A DNA stretch of 63,591 bases, filler included, from Reticulomyxa filosa (lineage: Eukaryota; Protista; Foraminifera), in assembly GCA_000512085.1 (NCBI GenBank). It is 21 parts of 21 records of this genome, joined end to end, with 100 filler letters (N's around TTAATTAATTAA, not from the genome) between each part and the next. Parts side by side here need not be neighbours in the genome. Positions count along the whole stretch, not along the records: positions 34,100 to 39,893 come from ASPP01004459.1; positions 39,994 to 42,800 come from ASPP01010310.1; positions 42,901 to 47,110 come from ASPP01038044.1; positions 47,211 to 49,609 come from ASPP01001206.1; positions 49,710 to 51,031 come from ASPP01000807.1; 16 more parts are not named here. One strand, written 5' to 3'. A program made the position numbers and the translations under genes. Below the pieces are notes generated by a model. It saw nothing but the letters and a program-made list of their open reading frames with translations, was not told the DNA's origin and did no database searches. Positions 37,715 through 50,800 of this stretch are shown piece by piece; position 1 is the first letter of the stretch; every line of letters begins with the position of its first letter.

Positions 37715-39068
37715 TTACCCCCAAATACGAATAAAACCTTCGCTTGAACCATAACACAGATTAATGCCACAATCACTATTATTATTCATTTTTTGTAAAA
37801 AATTAAAACAAAATATTCCATTATCTTTACAATCTCCTTCAATCATATATAATTCTTTCTTATTTGATCGAATGTCCCAAAAACGAATTGTACTATCCCA
37901 TGATGCAGAACATATTACATTTGAATTACAACCAATTTTATTATCATTTACTATAAATGATGAATATTCAACAGCATTTACAGCATTTGTATGTCCATTA
38001 AATACTTGAATTTGTTCACCAGATCGAATATCCCATAAACGAACAGTATGATCTTCTGAACCAGATAATATTATATTTGTATAATCAATAATTATTGATT
38101 TATTTAATCCATATTTTACACTCCTAATCCAATCTGTATGTCCTTTAAATGTAATAAAATGTTTAGTTGTTTCAATATCCCATATACAAATTGTTTTATC
38201 CCATGATCCAGAGCAAATAGTATATCCATTACCACCAATTAAACCAACATTGTTATTACTATTACTTTGTAGTGGCGAAATATCCACACACCAAACAGGA
38301 TTCGTATGTTTCTCAAAAATATATAATGATTTGAATGTTTCAACATCCCATAAACGAATAGTATTATCATATGATCCAGAACATAAATATCTACCATTAT
38401 TAAATGATGAAAATTTAATACCACAAATACCATCAGTATGTCCTTTAAATTTGTAATTGTTGATTATCTTTAATATCCCAAAAACGAATTGTTCTGTCAT
38501 TTGATGAAGAGCAAATAACATTACGATAATAATTATGATAATGATATGATAATGATATGATGAAAATTTTACACAATACACATCACTTGAATGTTCATCG
38601 AATAATCTAATTTGTTGATTAGTATTTATATCCCATATACGAACTGTCTTATCATTTGATCCAGAGCAAATGAATTGACAATTATTAAATGTTAAATAAT
38701 CAATACTATATACACTATCAGTATGTCCATTGAATGTTTTAATTAATTTGGATGATAAACGAAATGTATCAAGCATAATGAAGATAGTTGCCTGTGTTAA
38801 ATTAAATAAAAATATTTGAACATATGTTAATAGATAAATAAAAAAAAACGTAACATAATTGACAACAAATTTATCAAAATCATGGATCCATCCTAATTTA
38901 ATATTTAATATTCGAATCCAATACTGAATAATAGTTTGTATCTCTTCTTCTTCTGTCTAGTTTTTATCGTAAAGCACATACAAGAAAAAGCTAAAAATAA
39001 GTAACTTTATGAAAACTTACAAATGTTGGTCGAGTTGAAGTTTGTTTTTCATTGCTGAGAGTAGTCAT
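37715..39068 (-). CDS. KLGW box + WD40 repeat protein (3 exons), with an internal compensated frameshift
   Basis: Exons 39068-39021, 38956-38855 (TEEEEIQTIIQYWIRILNIKLGWIHDFDKFVVNY) and 38791-37715, with phase-0 GT-AG introns. Multiple GHT..CSGS.D.TIR.WD repeats. Confidence 0.88.
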
Positions 39069-39301
39069 TTTTTAAACTTCTTTTGATGATGGAGGGGACT
39101 TGTCAAAATATTTTGACAACTAAAAAAATAAATTATATTTTTTGTGGAGAAAATTAATTATATTCAAAAGTAGTATAATAGGTTCATGTAGACATTAATA
39201 TATATGTGTGTGAAGATCTCTTACACATTCTTTTCAAAAAGAAAACTATTTTAACTTTGAATTCTATCAATCAATGATTTTATTCTAATCAAATTTAGGT
39301 C

Positions 39302-39575
39302 ATGGCAGAAGAAGGATATATTGAAACTCAATGTGTATTATCAGGTCACACTAGCCGGGTGACATGCATTGTGGCAGCACCGGACGACAGTAACACAACA
39401 ATAACAGGATAAAACAATTGCCATATGGAAATTATCATGAGGAAAACAAAAAAATGCAAAAATTGAAGGCACTTTAGTGAAAAGATTGATAGGTCACATT
39501 CATGTTGTCAGTGCAGTTGATATATCTGCAAATAGTTTAAACGCATTATCATCTTCATGTGATGGAACAATATGG
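39302..39575 (+). pseudogene. RACK1: RACK1 (G-beta-like) first-exon relic
   Basis: Reads MAEEGYIETQCVLSGHTSRVTCIVAAPDDSNTTIT..DKTIAIWKL..KRLIGHIHVVSAVDISANSLNALSSSCDGT, matching the RACK1 N-terminus. It has a short deletion, a stop, and ends at a GT donor. Confidence 0.7.
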
Positions 39576-39993
39576 TATTTTTTTTTTTGAATATCTAAAT
39601 TCTTTTTTATTTTTTATTTTCTCACCTTTTTATAATACAACAAACATGATATACTTGTTCGCTCGCCGAGTTATTTTTTTTCCAAAAACAAAATATCTTC
39701 AGTCTGTGTGACAGTCGTTTGTGAAAGAGTATGTTTTGTGGGGTGGCAGAAAAAAAAAAGGGGGGGAAAGAAGAATTTTTTTTTTTGGAATTGTTGTTTT
39801 CGCAATATGCATATTTAATTTGCAATATTAACAACAATAAAATAAAATAAAAAATATGGTTCAATAACTGCCAAGGTCCGCCTTTTTTTTTTTNNNNNNN
39901 NNNNNNNNNNNNNNNNNNNNNNNNNNNNNNNNNNNNNTTAATTAATTAANNNNNNNNNNNNNNNNNNNNNNNNNNNNNNNNNNNNNNNNNNNN

Positions 39994-41427
39994 TTTCCTT
40001 TGCATTTGTGACGTTATCGTCGTCATCTCCATCATCGTTTTCTTCTTCTTCATCCACATCCTCTTCTTCTTCTTCTTCTTCTTCTTCATCGTCGTCATCA
40101 TCATCGTCTTCTTCTTCTTCTTCTTCTTGGTCGATAGTATCCTCCGCATTGTCGTCATTGCTCTTTCCATTTTTATGCTTACTCTTTGTTTTGCTCTTTG
40201 TCTTATTCTTATTCTTATTCTTATTCTTATTCTTATTCTTATTCTTGCTCTTGTTTCCATTTTCATTATCATTTCCACTTTTATTTTTAGTAGCAGTTGA
40301 AATGGAACTGACATTAGCATTGGCATTTGTAGTCTCATCTTCATCGTCATCACCATCTGCGTCGTTGTCATTTGCATCTTCCCCTTCCTCGTCCTCGCCG
40401 TCTTTCTTTCCTTGCGTTGGACAAGTTTGTCGCATTGGTTTTTGTTTCGGATTGCTTTTGTTTATGTTTTGAGGTGAAGCGGAGTTGGACAACAGGGACG
40501 TGACAAGGTTGTCGCACTCTTTCATTTGGAACATATCCCCACATAACAGTTTCCACAATTCCATGCACTATTGTTCAAGTTCAAAAAAAAAAAGGGATAC
40601 AAAATGTAAAGATCGCACTAACATTAAAAAAAAAAAAAATTCAAAACTGCACGTTTTTCACTTTTTGAAAACTCGTGTTTTGCAAATCCGAAAATGAGTG
40701 TCAACACATCCTCCAAGGTACGTTCATTTGCAAAAGAGAATCGCACGTCATGATAGTCGATGAAAGGGATATGGGTACGTGGCAACGCGCCGCGTTCGGC
40801 CTCCAAAGGCGCGATCATTTGTTGGAGAATGGGATTGGAGTTGATGACGCCAACACCGTCCACGACTCCTGGGACCATGGGAGACTGTGTTTTCATAGAA
40901 AAGTCAAACCGGAAGGTGGCTTTGTCCAGGATCGACTTGAGTTTGATCCTTCTTTGTATTCGCTATTGTGTGGAGCACCTCCTATCTTGCCACTCTCTGA
41001 AGCGAAGCACTCGTCATCCTCGTCATTGTCCTGTCGTTCCTGCCATTTGTCATACTCGGATATGCTTGACTTGGACAATGGTTGTTGTCCCCCAGGCCCT
41101 TCGCTCTTCATCTCTTGCACGTGCTTTTTTTTCAACTCCACTCCGTCACTTTTCGCATTTTCTTTTTCTTTGGAATACACTGACTTTTCTTCCAACTCCG
41201 GAAGCATGTCTTTGGATAGTTGCTTTTCTATCGACTCATCGCTATTCCATGTACCTTCGTTATTACCACTCGCAACATCTTTGAGCTTATCCGTTGTTGC
41301 TTCCACTGCTGTCTCATTGCGTCCGTTCAATACATTCAGTACCAATGTCACGTTTTGATCTTTCGTTTCGTTTGCGTCTGTTGTTGCTTCGTTTTTTCTG
41401 TAATTCTGAACCGGATTTAGTTAATAT

Positions 41428-41458
<31 letters not shown>

Positions 41459-42760
41459 ATGTATATATATATATTGTGTATATTGTTCTTGTACTATTGT
41501 CAATGTTTTTCTAATCCCCCTTTTCCTCTCTTTCTCTTTCTGATTGGTTATACGTTTGTGTTTAACTTGTAATGTTATCTCTTTGCTTTCGTAACTTTTC
41601 AATGGATGTGACATTTCCGACTCTTGCATTGAAGTAACTTTGTCCATTAGCATTGCCACATCCGACCGTGTAATTTCGCTTTCTGTCTTTGTTCCAAAAA
41701 ACCCCTGTTTTGGGTCGTTTTTGCGCTTTGTGTGTCTTTCTTTGATTTGATTGACGAGATCTTGTTAGTGACAGTCACACACACACACACACACATAAAA
41801 AATAAAAAAAAAAAAAGGAATACGAGTTTCAAGAGGTGACAAAAAGAGAAGAAAAAGGGATATTTGTTGTTTGTAGTTTCAACTCTTTGCTTGCAGTCGT
41901 CGATTTTCTGCCGATTTGAATACGGTGAATCGATAATCATGTGCTCGATAGTATTTTGTCATGGCTTGGGTATACCAAACAGGTTTCATTTCTTCGCGTA
42001 AATTCATCCACTCTTTTTCTTTTTCAAGCAGTCGTTTTAATACTATTGGAATCTTTCCACAAACCCGAATCATTTCCCCCCCCCCCGCATTTAATATTAT
42101 TTATTTATTTTTAAATTAAAAAGAAGCTTGTAGTCATTAAAAGATTATTCGTTTTCTTTCTCAACTGCAGTGGGTGGTGTTCTTTGAATCATCGATAAAA
42201 TTTTTTTTCCACTGTCCCCAAACAAGCGCATGATCGATTTTTTTTCAACATCAGTTATATCAACTTTAAACTCGCTCATCGGAACTGAAAGTAAAAGCGT
42301 TTTCCATTTCAAAAATTTGAAAACAAACAAACAAATAGCAATAACAATCAACAAAAATCTATGCATATACACAAATATGTATAAAGTTGGGTCCCTAGTT
42401 ATTTATCTAGCATTCCTTTTATGATTTTTTTTTTTTTTTTCTTTGATTTTTGTTAAACAATGAACAAACCATTGTGACGAATATTGGAAGTACAAGAATT
42501 GAATAATTGTTCCAGCTTCCGACGTGTGGATCGATTTGTTTCGATCATCAAGTCCAATTCGAACATATCGTCTTCATTTCGGTGCAGTTGTTCTTTGTAT
42601 TGGTTTTTTAATTGCACTCCATTATCTTCTTTTTCTGCGCCTTCGTGTCCTGTTGGCTTGCTCACGTAATAGCGGTTCAACACTTGTTTTGCCAACGACG
42701 TTTGGCCGCTGCAGCATGGTTGCATCACATGATCAGGAAGTCGTCGGTAAGATGAGTGTA

Positions 42761-42761
<1 letters not shown>
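39994..42761 (-). CDS. SIN3: Sin3 corepressor, HDAC-interaction region and downstream exons (partial)
   Basis: SYRRLP..PCCSGQTSLAKQVLN..KNQYKEQLHRNEDDMFELDLMIETN, SIMRLFGD and IPIVLKRLLEKEKEW..VW..KYYRAHDY match the Sin3 HID. Several introns and an acidic/KN low-complexity tail follow. Confidence 0.88.
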
Positions 42762-42800
<39 letters not shown>

Positions 42801-42900
42801 NNNNNNNNNNNNNNNNNNNNNNNNNNNNNNNNNNNNNNNNNNNNTTAATTAATTAANNNNNNNNNNNNNNNNNNNNNNNNNNNNNNNNNNNNNNNNNNNN

Positions 42901-42997
42901 AAAGAAAGTAAATAACAATGAACAAAAATTAAACGGTAATATTTGTGTGAATTTATGCTATGGTTTAAGCAGTGGTTTAATTTGTGTTTGGGGATGA
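42901..42997 (+). CDS. C-terminal end of another WD40-family gene
   Basis: KKVNNNEQKLNGNICVNLCYGLSSGLICVWG* parallels INLCYGSSEGFIRIWG* of the 37715 gene. Confidence 0.7.
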
Positions 42998-45559
42998 ACA
43001 TATTAACAAGAGTTTGTTTTCATTCACATCAAGTAAGTAAAAAGAGAAGTGATAATTATTTTCACTACTTTTTTTTTTTTGAGTATTAAATTTGGATGAA
43101 TGGAAGACTTTACTTCGATTTTACACCACTTATTTTTTTAAAAATGGAATGCATTTATAAAAAAAGAAATATTTAAAAAAATGAAGAATTTAAATTGATA
43201 TTTCACCAGATTATTTTTATTTTTATTGAATTAATGGAAAATATCATTTTAACACAAAGTAAAGAACAAAAATAACTCAACACAAAAAAACCAAAGATCT
43301 CAAATGAATCATTTACTCATTTCTTGCAAAGAAAAAAAAATCCAAAGTTTTATAAAGATTTCTTTGTTGAAAAATGTATGTGAAAATTGAAACAATTGTT
43401 TTTCTTATCTTTTTCTACTTCTAATTCAATTTCTTTTTTCTTTTCTTTACTCAACCATTCACTCACTTGAATTTTCATGTATGTTGACATAATTTGCTTC
43501 ATATTCCATACATACGTGTTGTCCTTCGTCTCAAAACTTATAAATGGTTTGCTCAAAAAGTGCATTACTTAGACAATGATTCTTCAACGTTATTGAGGAG
43601 TTTAAAGCAAATTAACATTTTTATTTCTGAAAATCCGCCGTTCCTTCTGATAAAAGCTCAAGACAAGCCAAAAAAGTCAGGAAAAACGTCAAGCGAAGAT
43701 ATTAACGACAAGCACAAAATCGGTAAAGAAAATCGTTTGTACATTGACCGAGCGGAAGCGTCAGTGCATTGTAGTCAACAAGTATGACAAATACCACGTT
43801 GTTTTTTTGACTATTATTTGTATTTATCTTTTTTTTACGCTTGCTTCTCTTTCTCCTTTAAAAAAAACTTATTTTTTTCGAAGTGAACTGCAATGCACCC
43901 GTGAGTATGGATTATTGTTTGAAAAAGTATTTGTTTGGACCGTATTTTGCACGGAATGTGTATGATGGACTAATATATGCCGATGGACAATTGGCGAAAG
44001 AGTTAGTGGAAATAATGAGTAGAACCGTTGACACACAAAAGCCTTTCTTGTACAACCCATGTGTAGATTCCAACGAGTTCATTAAAGAGCTATTTGCCAA
44101 CACAACTAATGTCCGTTGCAAAAAGAACAAATATTATTGCATCAAGTATTTCACGCTGTTCCTGAGCATTTATTCGAAGTCAGTTTATCCAAACAAACAC
44201 ACATAACGTATTGCATACAATATCTCATATGCGAAACTTTGCAAAAATAATAATAATAAATAACAATAACTATCACCTCTTTTTTTTTTTAGCTATATCT
44301 TTGCTAATCAGATTTCAAAACGGCATGTGCTGTTGCGACTAAATGGAAATTTGGACGTCCGAGTCGGTGACTAGAGATCACTTTGTCATGCTATCCACAG
44401 TTGACTTTTGCACACAAAATTCTATTTGCAGTGTCAGCAAAGAAATGAGATATATATATACATATAAAAGTGACATATTATATGATGTGCAACTGCTGAT
44501 AATGATATAATGACACCAAATTGCAATAATCTATTTTTTTTTAAGCGTGTGTTGGTGAAATAGATGTTAAGCGAATGGTACAAACAAAAATGTGTGTTAT
44601 GTCACAACAAAGAATCCTTTGAGGAGTCGTCAATTCCGTTACTGAATTGGACTGACAACAATGGTGACCGATGAACAAAAACACAGACTACAGCTACCAA
44701 ATTCAATATTCGTTTATTGAAGACTATAACGAAGAGATTTGATACATGATCAACCTAGACACCAAGGCATTGGCAATCCGTGAATGCACAGATCTGGACA
44801 GCACAAACTCCCAAATATAAAGCACATGTTCCAACTATTTGATAGAAAGAGAAAAAAAGTCTTACACAAAGGACTGTGTGTTTGAGAAAGACTACTTTTT
44901 TTTGAATATTCAGCTAGTAAAGAAGATAAACAAATAAAATTAAAAAAAGTATTGAAATTGGAAATTGTATCATCTGCAATGAATATGTTCGATGCCTTGG
45001 ATCGAGGGCGCATCTCGAACCACAAAAACCATTAAGTTTTAATATGATATTTTCCATTAAATATTGATGTTCTGCAAAGATTTAAGATTATGCAAAGACT
45101 TTCTTACATTTATAAAAATGTTTTCAATAGTTTCACCTTTGTTTGATTTTTTTTTGCAAAATTGTCAAAACGATTGAATGATATTGATAAATATTTAAGA
45201 TATGTTATTCCTTTTTAATAAAAATTAATGCAAAGAATATATGATACTTGCAATGACTCTATTTTCTTCTCTAATTATCGGAAATTGCTCACTTATTGCG
45301 CTAAATAGTAATACGAGAATTTGCCTTTTTTAAATAATCTTTTATAAAAATTTGAAAAATATATTTGTTGTGATCATTGCCAAATTTTGCATTCAAATGA
45401 TTAATTGCATTAATTAGTGGCAAAATATGTTAAATTTGATTAATGTAGAGATCAAAGTGATAAATAGCCAATTTGTGTATTAGCTACAGCAATTATATGA
45501 TTAATTCAAGTAAAATATGTTGAAACTTTGACAATAAAAACATTATTTTTTTATTATTT

Positions 45560-47100
45560 AGTCCCAAAACAAAGTCAACATAAAATAATCTGAACAATAT
45601 TATCACACACAAAAATAAATATATTAGACTTAACAATCCATATGATCTGCTGACAGATAAACAAAGACATCACTCGATCATGTTGTCATATTCTTCTTCA
45701 ATTCCACTCGACAACCTGGCCTCAATCTTTCATTGTGTCCACCCAACACATCCAAACATACCATCAGTTGCTTGACATTCATATATTTTTGTCGCACGTA
45801 CACGTCCAGATTCAACGATGTCTTTTCCTCTTGGAACAATGTCCCTTTTTCCAAATCAATCAACTTGGGCGTCCGAGCCAGGATCTAATACATCTTTCCA
45901 TTGCATTCAAATTCCAACGTTAATAAATTGAGCATGCAATAAAATGGGGTTTATGTAGCAGTTGTTGAACCGAATTTCTTATGTTCCGTTTTACAGTAGA
46001 CATGATTACATTCACAAAGGGTTTTTTTAAGAAATAAAAAGAAAACTTAATGAAAATAATAAAAAATGTTAATCCTTTTGAACTTTTTTTATTTTAATTT
46101 TGCCAAATCTTTCAATGTGATGTGATTTCTACGAATTTTTCATGTATTTCTTTCTCCAATTTCTGTTTGGTGTAATGGTGTTGCATAGCTTAGCAAAATG
46201 TCACCCTTTTTTTCATAGAGTGACATTCTCAACCATTAAAGTGACAATATGGAAAGCACTCCATACTACATGCAAATTGGATTGGGCAAAGCCCATTTTA
46301 ATTTCCAGACTAAAGTACCAGATAGTATTAAAGCGATTCTTCAACATTATCACAGTATGGACTTCATCAATGTAGCAATTGCATTATATTTTTCTCTAAG
46401 TCACAATTTTTTCGATATGTGCAATATCCACATCCAATTCAAATGCAATAACTTTGATAAGATTAAAATTTTATCAAAGTGTTGCTAAAATTAATGATAT
46501 AATTTGTGTGGATTAATACATATTTTAGTTGTTAGTCACATATTGTGCAATGCCAGTTTCCGATAGTCTTTTTTATCAAAATAATATCATTTTCTATCTT
46601 GATCAATGATCATTACTTTTTCATTATTCTCTATTTCTGGTAATTTTTGAATGCTTTCTGCAGTCTGACATATTATCTTATGGAACGGCCAATCTTGCTT
46701 TTAATGCGATTGATTAAAGTACCAAACGCATTTGTATCGCGAACATCGTAATATTCTATCAACAAGACTCAAATGGTACATTTATTCACTAAAAGACTTT
46801 CATTTGAATTTCGCAAACAATCGATCTCACTATTACACGGCGCAACATCTCTTGCACTGACGTTACATTCACTATATCAACTTCCATCGCTCCTTGTAAT
46901 GTTGAATTACTATACAATTTAATTTCAATATACTTGTCCTGTGTTCGTTTATGTTTAGAAGTTTCACCACTTGGATACGTTCTGTTTCGCTAACACATTC
47001 TTTTTGTCCTTTTGCTTGTTTCCAGTTGCTTGTTACTTATCTTTACATTGCATTGTCTTGTGTATCAATCTTGTTATATCTTCTTTTGCTTACTGAATAA
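45560..47100 (-). pseudogene. Decayed fragment of a large HERC/HECT-type E3-like gene with MYND-like and RanBP2-like zinc-finger relics
   Basis: LRCSRYKCVWYFNQSH*KQDWPFHKIIC (MYND-like, ~46660-46760), WHCTIC and CGYCTY (RanBP2-like), MGF (UBA-like) and CLDVLGGHNERLRPGCRV (HERC-like LAVLGG..LR.GG.V). Confidence 0.45.
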
Positions 47101-47582
47101 ATTGATATTANNNNNNNNNNNNNNNNNNNNNNNNNNNNNNNNNNNNNNNNNNNNTTAATTAATTAANNNNNNNNNNNNNNNNNNNNNNNNNNNNNNNNNN
47201 NNNNNNNNNNATTTGGCGTTTTAATTTATATTTCAAATATAAATGTAACAATAAAGTGTATAAGTATTTATGCTAAACAAACTTGTCAAGCGATGGATAA
47301 CGGCAACTACAGCTTGAATTGCAAGTTTCATATTCAAAAGATTTCCACGATAAAATGTTTGTGAATTTTCCTATTATTTTGCAAAGGAAAAAAGCGGTTG
47401 TTTAAACTGACATGAAATGGTTATTTGTCCCATAACATTATAAACAATAAGGACAACTAATTTTTGAGCGGTAGATTTCTCATTTACAAAAAAAAAAGCG
47501 TGAAAATTGTGATGAAAGGAATAAATGAATTAAAAAAGAGGAAGTCCATTTGGAATGTAATGTTTATTTTGTAAATTTTGTT

Positions 47583-48024
47583 TCATTCCCAGATTTTAAT
47601 TGTTTTATCATTAGAACATGATACAATTTTTTGATCATTTGGTGAAATATCTATCGCCCCAATCGCATCAGAATGAGATTTTAATCTTTGTATTTCTTTT
47701 CCTGATTTTACATCCCATAAACAAATGGTTGTACCCATTCCACAAGATACAATAGTTTTGCCATCTGAAAAATATTTCACATCACATACCATATCTAAAC
47801 CATTGTATATTTTTAATTGCTCCCCTGACTCCACATCCCAGATTCGAATTGTTTTATCAATGGAGCCACAATAAATTTGTCATCTGGAGAAACCCTTGCA
47901 CAATATACCTTGTTCTTATGTTTATCAAACGCTTTCAATCGTTTACCTGATGTTACATCCCATAGAGCAACTATACAATCAGCAGAGCCCGAGACGATCA
48001 TTCGACTATCATGTGAAAATTGCA
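47583..48024 (-). pseudogene. 5'-truncated, frameshifted WD40 gene
   Basis: QFSHDSRMIVSGSADCIVALWD.. and IVSCSNDKTIKIWE*. Frameshift near 47860. Similar to the WD40 half of the 6613 gene. Confidence 0.8.
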
Positions 48025-49510
48025 AAATCTGTTAAGTATCACAACTACATTGCACATATACATATCCATGCAATATGCTTTTTTTTTTTTTTTTTGGTCG
48101 TGCGAAAACAAACAAAACAAAAGATTAAATGGGACCATTCCTCAAACAATCGGTGCTTTAACAAACTTGCAAAAATTAATTTTACCAATGAATGAGTTAA
48201 GTCTTTAACTAAATGCTTTTATATATAAATAAATATATATATATGTATATATGTATATATGTATTTGTATACGTAATGAAAAAAATATTTATACAATTGG
48301 TGAATTTAACATAGACTAATTGGCACGATTCCTCCAGAAATTGGTCGTTTGTCTGAACTGCAGTCGCTCATGCTGTTTCAAAATTAGTTTTGTTTACACT
48401 TACAAAACAATTCCCAAATCAATCAATTTTTTGTTGTTGATGAAACAACTTAACAGTTTGTCTGGCTCTATACCCAAAGAGATTGGAAATTTAAAGAAAT
48501 TGAGGGAGTTTAATCTGAATACAAATAAGTTGAGTTTACTCTTTTTTTGTATTTTTTAAAACATAAACAATTATAATATAGTAGGAAGAGTGCTTTGTAT
48601 GAAATGCACTAGCTTGACCGGTACAATACCATCAAAAATTGGAAATATGATAAATTTAACACTTCTTATATTCGGCGCAAATAAGTTCAATTGCAAATGT
48701 TTTTAAAAAAACATTTTATTTTTAATAGAAATACAAAATAAAAAGGTTAAATGGCACAATTCCACCAGAAATCGGAAATTTGACCAAATTGCATTTTTTG
48801 GATCTCAGTGAAAATAGGTATGTTTTTTTGACGTGTCGTCCCTTTTTTTTTTTTTAAACTTTGGGATAATTGAATATCTATCTTTTTTGTTTGTAGGTTG
48901 TCTGGCATAATACCAAATGAGATTGAAAATCTTGTTGAACTGAATTCTTTGCTTTTGAATCAAAATGGATTAATTGGTACGATACCAGCAAAAATTGGAA
49001 ATTTCCGTAATTTGTCTGTTTTGGAATTGTCGCGAAATGGGTTGAGTGGAACTATCCCTTCAGAGATTGGGAACTTGAATAAATTAATATTTTTAGTTTT
49101 GGAGCAAAATGAGCTGAGTGGTACGATACCAAAAGAGATTGTAAATTTGTGGAATTTGCAATATTTGATGTTGGGTTACAATCAGTTGTGAAAAATGGAA
49201 AAAAGTGTATTTTGTACAAAATAAACTTTTTTTTTTTTTTTTTTTGGAATTTTTGTGTGAAAATAGATTGAGTGGTGAGTTACCACAATTGAATATATTG
49301 CCATTCTTAAAAATTGTTGAAGTGAACAGCAATATGTTGAGTGGGACTATTCCGTTTGATGACTCTTACAATTGGGATAATTTGGTTATGTTTTCTTTGG
49401 AAAAGAATATGTTCAGTGGAAACTTACCAAAGTTACCAAATCAAATGAATTTTACATTGATTTTGACATTGCACATGAATCGATTTTCAGATCACAATTT
49501 GCATGACTGG
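48021..49510 (+). CDS. Leucine-rich repeat protein (LxGxIPxxIGxLxxLxxLxLxxN) with 72-nt exons; 5' truncated, 3' end off contig
   Basis: Exons 48124-48195, 48315-48386, 48457-48528, 48613-48684 and 48746-48817 are 72 nt each. 48897-49184 is 4x72 nt and 49267-~49509 follows. All introns are phase 2, GT-AG. Confidence 0.9.
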
Positions 49511-49570
49511 TATATGCATTTGGGAAAACAATGAATGTATTTCTTATCATTTGTTTGTAAAACTGAATCA

Positions 49571-49609
<39 letters not shown>

Positions 49610-50639
49610 NNNNNNNNNNNNNNNNNNNNNNNNNNNNNNNNNNNNNNNNNNNNTTAATTAATTAANNNNNNNNNNNNNNNNNNNNNNNNNNNNNNNNNNN
49701 NNNNNNNNNAGCAACAACAAAAAATCGAATAATGTGTTTTGGATTTTTTGGAAAATGTTGTGTTTTCCTTTTCTGGATTTTGTTTCATTGTCCTTATCTT
49801 CCAACTAAGCGTTTTGATCTTCTTCATGCGCATAAATCCCATTTATGCAACAAAACATTATGCAAGTATCCATATAAAACGACAACAATAATACAAAACT
49901 AATACGTAACAAGACATTCTGTAAGCAATGCAACATAAGACTCATTAGAAAATTTGTCTGTGTTGTTTTTGTCCTTCAATTAGCCATGGCTGGCGCTATT
50001 ATCTAGCAATAACAGTTTGTCTTGTAACTTTCCACACAAAATATCGTCGTATACAATGATGCCATTGCATCGTTGTAATGTGTGAGTGAATTTTATCAAA
50101 GGTAACATCAGTTTCGGATGGACGCACAACACTAAAAACGAATATTGATAGTTTTTCACAGAGTATCTATAGTCCAACCCAAAGGCTACAAAGGTTAGGG
50201 CATGTACTACTCATTCGCATCATTTTGTGTAATTCCCTACTCATTAAAGCGGTAAAAAGCATGCAACACTTATATCCATTGGAAAAATTTATGCATTGAG
50301 TTTGTTTTTTGGCAAATAAGTCAAAAAAAAAATCCTTTTTCAGATTTTGACGTATCTTTCATCTTTAATTACTAGCAGATTAAGACAATTCATCTTTTTA
50401 AATTCCTTCAACAATGAAATTTCCGTTCAAAAAAACAATCAAGTCAGAACAATTGTAAATTGTATCTTATATTTTTTTTCATTCACAAAGTATAAATGTA
50501 CTGAAATTTAGTGTAAACTCTGTATAATTAATCGAGATGATTTATGAATGTACATGCATATCCACGCATTTATGTTTTTTCCTTTTTTTTATTTTTTTTT
50601 AAAAATATTTGTGTAAACTTGCAGGAGGCATGCAAAATG

Positions 50640-50800
50640 AATCAAAGACAGGAAAGTATGAAGTGGAAATGAAAGGTATTGGTAAAATTATACGGTAATA
50701 TGATCAAAGAAGACATACTGAGGAAAAATCTCGAACAGGGCAATGGAAACGTATCAGTGGTGATTGATCAGATCACAGCCACATTACCAGACCAAAATGT
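50640..50800 (+). pseudogene. Short decayed exon encoding a small helical (UBA/CUE-like) domain
   Basis: Reads [37 protein letters not shown] between AG and GT sites, with an in-frame stop. Confidence 0.3.

Noticed and set aside
39946-40472. Alternative-frame ORFs with poly-S, poly-K, RIRIRI or FLFLFL
   Set aside because: These are shadow frames of the low-complexity acidic/KN exon of Sin3.
43480-45040. Coding-like plus-strand fragments
   Set aside because: Frames are broken and I recognise no motif, so it is left unannotated.
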